A DNA stretch of 64,000 nt from Candidatus Borrarchaeum weybense (lineage in GTDB: Archaea > Asgardarchaeota > Sifarchaeia > Borrarchaeales > Borrarchaeaceae), in the NCBI GenBank assembly GCA_019057385.1, contig JAHQJS010000006.1, positions 320,001 through 384,000 on the forward strand. Direction: 5' to 3'. The notes under the pieces were generated by a model that saw nothing but the letters and a program-made list of their open reading frames with translations, was not told the origin of the DNA and did not search any database. The translations under genes were made by a program, and so were the position numbers. Positions within the stretch are counted from its first letter, which is position 1, and each line of letters opens with the position of its first letter. Below are positions 59,752 to 64,000 of this stretch, in pieces.

Positions 59752-61392
59752 TTGGGGAAAACTATGTCGAAAACTTTTGCGCGTGATGCAACTGGACTTG
59801 TTCGAGAGATTGGTTGGTTTACAGCTATGACAACTGTTATGTGCTACGTTATCGGCGGTGGTATCAATTTACACTCAGTTAGAGATTTCCCGGGTGCTGG
59901 ATGGGGGGCTAATATTCCACTAGGCTTTGCAATCGGGGCTATCCCAGCGGTTTGTACTGCATGGGCATTTGCACTTATGGCGACTTCTATGCCACGTTCT
60001 GGCGGTCCTTACGTGTGGGTATCCAGAGTTCTGGGTCCATACGCAGGTTTCCTCGCCTCATGGGCGTGGTGGTTTGGTACAGCTACAGCTTACGGCTCAT
60101 TAGCGGTTTGGGACGTCTGGTTCTGGGGATTATGTCTACAGTTAGCAGGCGCATCCACAAACAGTAGTGCTACCTATGATGCAGGAACCGTTTTGGCTAA
60201 TAATCCTGTCGCATGGATTGTTGTAGGTCTTGTTATATTAATCATATTCTGGGCTCTGGCGATATTAGGTGTTGACATTTACGGTAAAGTGCTAAACGCC
60301 ATGTTCATCGTCGCTGTCATTGGAAGCTTCATCACAATGGGTGTATATGCGGCTGCAGCAGCCGGAGGCGGAGAAGCCGCAATGGCAACGGCTTGGAACG
60401 CCAGCCCGTTCGGAAATCCCACAACTCAGTTCTACTATGCTAGCTATGACCAGGTAATGGCCGCCGGAGCACCAGGATGGACCGCTCCATTCTCATGGTC
60501 AGCGACGCTTACATTCATGGCGGTCGGTGCAATATGGGCTTATATCGGTTATACTGCAACCGCCTTCATTGGTGGTGAAGTAAAGACACCAAAGAGGAAC
60601 ATGCTCATTGGTCTAGGCTTAGGTACAGTCCTTATCGCAGTATATTATGTCACAATTTCACAACTAATGTACGGATCAGTCGGAAACTTCGTGAAAGCCT
60701 ACGCGTACTGTGATGCCAATAGCATCGTAATAAACGGGAATTCTCCTAGCGTAAAGGCATTGTTACCAACATTTGCGGCGATTTTAGTGCATGGAAATCC
60801 TGCCGTAGCTGTGTACATAGCAATTACAGGCGCTATTTGGCTGGCCAACGATATTCCGCCATTTTTGATCACAAGCAGCAGAACGCTGTTTGCTTGGGCG
60901 TTTGACAGAGCGTTTCCGCTAAGATTTGCGGAGGTAAGCGATCGTTGGCACAGTCCGGTCTGGGCTGTTAATTTAACGGCCTTCTTAGGTATCCTAGGAG
61001 TCTTCCAAACGACGGGTGAAGACATGGGTGTTACACCTATTCTAGGAACTTGGTTTGCCGTGGTAGCAACGCAGACATTCATGGACGTCGTCATGATGTG
61101 GACTGGATGTCTAACAGCCATGATGTTACCGTACCTGCGAAAAGATCTATTCGAGAAGGGTGCAGCGTTCAAAATTGGACCATTACCGCTTTTAGCGGCC
61201 TTAGGGTTCATCGGATTTATCGCTAATACATACGTCCTCGTAGTAAGTGCAGGCGCTCTAATACCCGGTGGTGTGCCCGTGCTCATGGTGTGGTTCACGC
61301 TCTCGATCCTAGTATGGCTCTATATGCAAACTAAAAACAGAGAGATGGGTATCGATGTCGATACAATATACGCAGAGATCCCGCCTGAATAG
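59752..61392 (+). CDS. APC-family amino acid/polyamine permease
   Basis: FARDATGLVRE, MPRSGG.YVWVSR, GGEVK and SRTLFAWAFDR motifs; many TM segments. Start may be the ATG at 59764. Confidence 0.9.
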   Translation: MGKTMSKTFARDATGLVREIGWFTAMTTVMCYVIGGGINLHSVRDFPGAGWGANIPLGFAIGAIPAVCTAWAFALMATSMPRSGGPYVWVSRVLGPYAGFLASWAWWFGTATAYGSLAVWDVWFWGLCLQLAGASTNSSATYDAGTVLANNPVAWIVVGLVILIIFWALAILGVDIYGKVLNAMFIVAVIGSFITMGVYAAAAAGGGEAAMATAWNASPFGNPTTQFYYASYDQVMAAGAPGWTAPFSWSATLTFMAVGAIWAYIGYTATAFIGGEVKTPKRNMLIGLGLGTVLIAVYYVTISQLMYGSVGNFVKAYAYCDANSIVINGNSPSVKALLPTFAAILVHGNPAVAVYIAITGAIWLANDIPPFLITSSRTLFAWAFDRAFPLRFAEVSDRWHSPVWAVNLTAFLGILGVFQTTGEDMGVTPILGTWFAVVATQTFMDVVMMWTGCLTAMMLPYLRKDLFEKGAAFKIGPLPLLAALGFIGFIANTYVLVVSAGALIPGGVPVLMVWFTLSILVWLYMQTKNREMGIDVDTIYAEIPPE

Positions 61393-61552
61393 CGATAGCA
61401 CCAGCCTAGCTTAATCTCTCTTTTTCTCTTTTTTTATTCTTACGCAGCTAAAACGAATCTATAATACTCTGTTTTTTGCCCATTAAACTCAACTTTCCTT
61501 ATCGAAAAACATTTTAAAAAAACTGTATTATTAGAGGATGAATTCGTAAAAG

Positions 61553-62581
61553 GTGCAACAAGTACTCAAGATAACTGACACAATGAACATAAGAATTGAC
61601 CTATATGGAGGTAGTAACATGACTAGAACCAGAGTTTTCTTTACTACAGATGTACATGGATCAGAGCAATGTTGGCGCAAATTTCTCAATGTCACAACAT
61701 TTTATAAAGAGATTGACGTAGCTCTACTTGGTGGGGATACTACGGGTAAGGTTATTGTCCCGATTGTTGAACAAAACGATGGATCATGGAAGGCATCGTT
61801 TAATAAGGATTATCACGTAAAAACCGAAGAGGAACTTCAAGAAGTAGAGAGAATCATACGCTACTGTGGCTCATATCCCTTTCGAACCACACCTGGAGGT
61901 GTGGAAGAACTTGAAAATGATAAAAAGGCCTTAGATAAGTTATTTGATGAGGTAATCGTTTCGGAAATAGAACGTTGGATGGGTCTAGTTGAGGACAAGG
62001 TTCCAGAACATGTAAAAGTTATTGTGAACCCAGGTAACGATGATAGTTTTTTAATTGATGATGTCATCCGAAAGGCTGAAAGGGTCATTTATCCTTTAGA
62101 CGATGTGGTTTATCTCGATGATACTGAAAATCATCCAATGATAAGTTTAGAGTGGGTGAATCCAACACCTTGGAACTCTCCTAGAGAATGTTCCGAAAAA
62201 GAATTACGGAAAAAAATCGATAAATTATTTGACATGGTCGAACCAAGTGATTATAGAAAATTAATTTGTAATTTTCACACTCCGCCATATGGTACCCGTC
62301 TCGATGAAGCCCCAAAACTGACCAAAGATCTAAAGACAATTCAAGTTGCGGGTCACCAACTTACCCAACCGGTAGGTAGCAAAGCTGTACGCGAGGCAAT
62401 TCTTGAAAATGAACCTTTACTTGGCATTCATGGCCATATCCACGAATCTGCAGGAGCTGTAACGCTTGGCAAAACACAACTTGTAAATCCAGGTTCTGAA
62501 TATGGTGAAGGTATCTTAAGGGGATACATCATCGATTTAACAGAAGATGGCATTGAGAAGTTCTGGGGAACAAGAGGCTAA
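61553..62581 (+). CDS. Icc-related metallophosphoesterase
   Basis: TDVHG, GGDTTGK, PGNDD, HTPP, HGHIHE and NPGSEY motifs. Probable start is the ATG at 61619 (GGAGG RBS). Confidence 0.85.
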   Translation: MQQVLKITDTMNIRIDLYGGSNMTRTRVFFTTDVHGSEQCWRKFLNVTTFYKEIDVALLGGDTTGKVIVPIVEQNDGSWKASFNKDYHVKTEEELQEVERIIRYCGSYPFRTTPGGVEELENDKKALDKLFDEVIVSEIERWMGLVEDKVPEHVKVIVNPGNDDSFLIDDVIRKAERVIYPLDDVVYLDDTENHPMISLEWVNPTPWNSPRECSEKELRKKIDKLFDMVEPSDYRKLICNFHTPPYGTRLDEAPKLTKDLKTIQVAGHQLTQPVGSKAVREAILENEPLLGIHGHIHESAGAVTLGKTQLVNPGSEYGEGILRGYIIDLTEDGIEKFWGTRG

Positions 62582-62894
62582 ACAACTTCAAAGAGTAGAG
62601 GAATTTCATGCAAAGTTAGTTATACACTCTATTCATCAAAGACCTTGAAATGCTATTGATTGTCAATGACACAGCTAGAATCAAATACTGAAGCAGCTAT
62701 TTTCGAGAAGCCAAGCTATTCCTCTTTCTACTTAAAAATATTTTAGGGCTGGTCTTTCTATTAATGGGAATTGATAATAATTATAAAGTGTGGATCATAT
62801 ACATAATTTCACATCTCGGATCGTAAGGTTAGTTGTTCAACAAAGATGATAATAGAAAACATTGGATGCCAAAGGTAGCTTGTGAGGATTTAAT

Positions 62895-63596
62895 TTGAGT
62901 AAAAAGACCTATGAAAAAGATAAAATCATTTCAGCCAAAAGTTTAGGAGGGGTAGCTGCTGTTTTACTTGTAGTAGGCGTGTTTATAATTCTTGCTTATC
63001 CCTATATCGGAATTTCTATGATTTTTATAGGTATTGGATCGCTTATCTATACAATGAGGACTCAAAGAGGTACAATTGAAACTCTCGCCGAAGAGGATTT
63101 CGTCGATTATTTGAGAACAAGAGTTAAGAAAAATAAAGGCATCGCAATCTGGTATGACATACAGGAAGACGTGTCTCTCTATAAAGCTAAGGCTAGATAT
63201 CTTCTTACAGGTAATACTGGGAAGGCTGATGGTGTATTCCTTGCGCGTATAGCTGCTGTAATGACACCACAGTGGGACGTAGTTACTATGATCTTCGATT
63301 TCAAAGACTGGGTGACAAAGTCAAATATAGTTGATGTTATCAAATCTGCAGAAAGATACGTGCTGGAGAAAAAATTAAAATTTATATTTATTATTGTAAA
63401 TGGTCGCGGATTTGAGCGTCCAGCAAAGGACGTCACTTTGGATGTTAAAACACGGGAAATCGGGCTAGTACTTACCGATCCAACGCGCAAAATCGTAGTG
63501 CGGGCAGATACATGGTTAAGCAAACAAATCCTCAAAATGATAAAACTCAAGGATTTCAAGACGCTGACGACGAAAAGAGAGATGGAGTTTGATTAA
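62895..63596 (+). CDS. Hypothetical membrane-anchored protein
   Basis: Two N-terminal hydrophobic helices followed by an alpha/beta domain. Confidence 0.7.
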   Translation: MSKKTYEKDKIISAKSLGGVAAVLLVVGVFIILAYPYIGISMIFIGIGSLIYTMRTQRGTIETLAEEDFVDYLRTRVKKNKGIAIWYDIQEDVSLYKAKARYLLTGNTGKADGVFLARIAAVMTPQWDVVTMIFDFKDWVTKSNIVDVIKSAERYVLEKKLKFIFIIVNGRGFERPAKDVTLDVKTREIGLVLTDPTRKIVVRADTWLSKQILKMIKLKDFKTLTTKREMEFD

Positions 63597-63605
63597 CCGA
63601 TTGGT

Positions 63606-63624
63606 TGGCTTATTAAATAAGCCA
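63606..63624. terminator. Inverted repeat between convergent genes
   Basis: TGGCTTATT-A-AATAAGCCA. Confidence 0.5.
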
Positions 63625-63634
63625 GAATAATTTT

Positions 63635-63955
63635 TTAGTGGCCCTCAAAGATTTCTGGTGTTTCCACGTCAAGGTTCCACCAAGGTTTACTCCACTTTTT
63701 GTCAGATTTAGGAAGCTGTTCTAAAAGATCTTCAATTTTGGTCGTAATGTCGGATATTTGACTGGGTGATGCTCCAGTTGATTCAAGAAAATCTTTATTA
63801 TGTAAGATATTCGCAAGGTTTAAGCGAACAGTTTTAAGGATTTTTTTATCCGAGAGGATTTTCTTCAACTTTTCTACATCAATTGCTTCTGGTCCTTCAT
63901 CAAGAGGATGATCAAGGAAGGCTGCACTCACATCTTTTATATCTTTCTTTTCCAT
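63635..63955 (-). CDS. Hypothetical protein
   Basis: 106-aa ORF with protein-like composition; no recognised motif. Confidence 0.6.
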   Translation of the reverse strand: MEKKDIKDVSAAFLDHPLDEGPEAIDVEKLKKILSDKKILKTVRLNLANILHNKDFLESTGASPSQISDITTKIEDLLEQLPKSDKKWSKPWWNLDVETPEIFEGH

Positions 63956-64000
63956 CCCTATGACAATCTTATCTTTATTATAGTGATCGTAGTGAAGTTG

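Noticed and set aside
1-64000. tRNA, rRNA and RNase P RNA genes
   Set aside because: No GC-rich cloverleaf or rRNA-like segment was recognised by eye; tRNAscan-SE/Infernal would be needed to exclude them.

Overview
AT-rich archaeal chromosomal segment, most likely from an Asgard archaeon (inference from archaeal housekeeping genes, Rab-like and MglA-like small GTPases, a GIFT/PCI-domain protein, and UGA-selenocysteine decoding with a eukaryote-type SECIS). The backbone carries fni, ipk, rad50/mre11, rps2, A/V-ATPase subunit E, glmM, hsp20/cdc48, ychF, serA, rpl15e, RNase P proteins and kynU. Highlights: (1) a ~14 kb glycolate/glyoxylate cluster divergently paired with a GlcD/GlcF-HdrA-lipoyl carrier-HdrC-HdrB operon. 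Its HdrA-MvhD fusion, split in the ORF track, reads as one 1161-aa protein with two in-frame UGA (Sec) codons, and its terminal UGA forms the core of a type-II eukaryote-like SECIS. (2) A 4.1 kb tnpB island with Schlafen/AlbA_2 cargo inserted into the last codons of rnp3, plus a second, orphan copy of the tnpB 3' end (omega-RNA-like) at the edge of a separate island of HEPN, PIN and RNase HIII genes. (3) Tandem Rab-like pseudo-GTPases. (4) A PAPS/sulfotransferase operon with a clear operator. (5) A Ycf46/DUF1257/DUF2997 module next to mre11-rad50. No rRNA, tRNA or CRISPR array was recognised. All family assignments are by eye from motifs, with no database searches.
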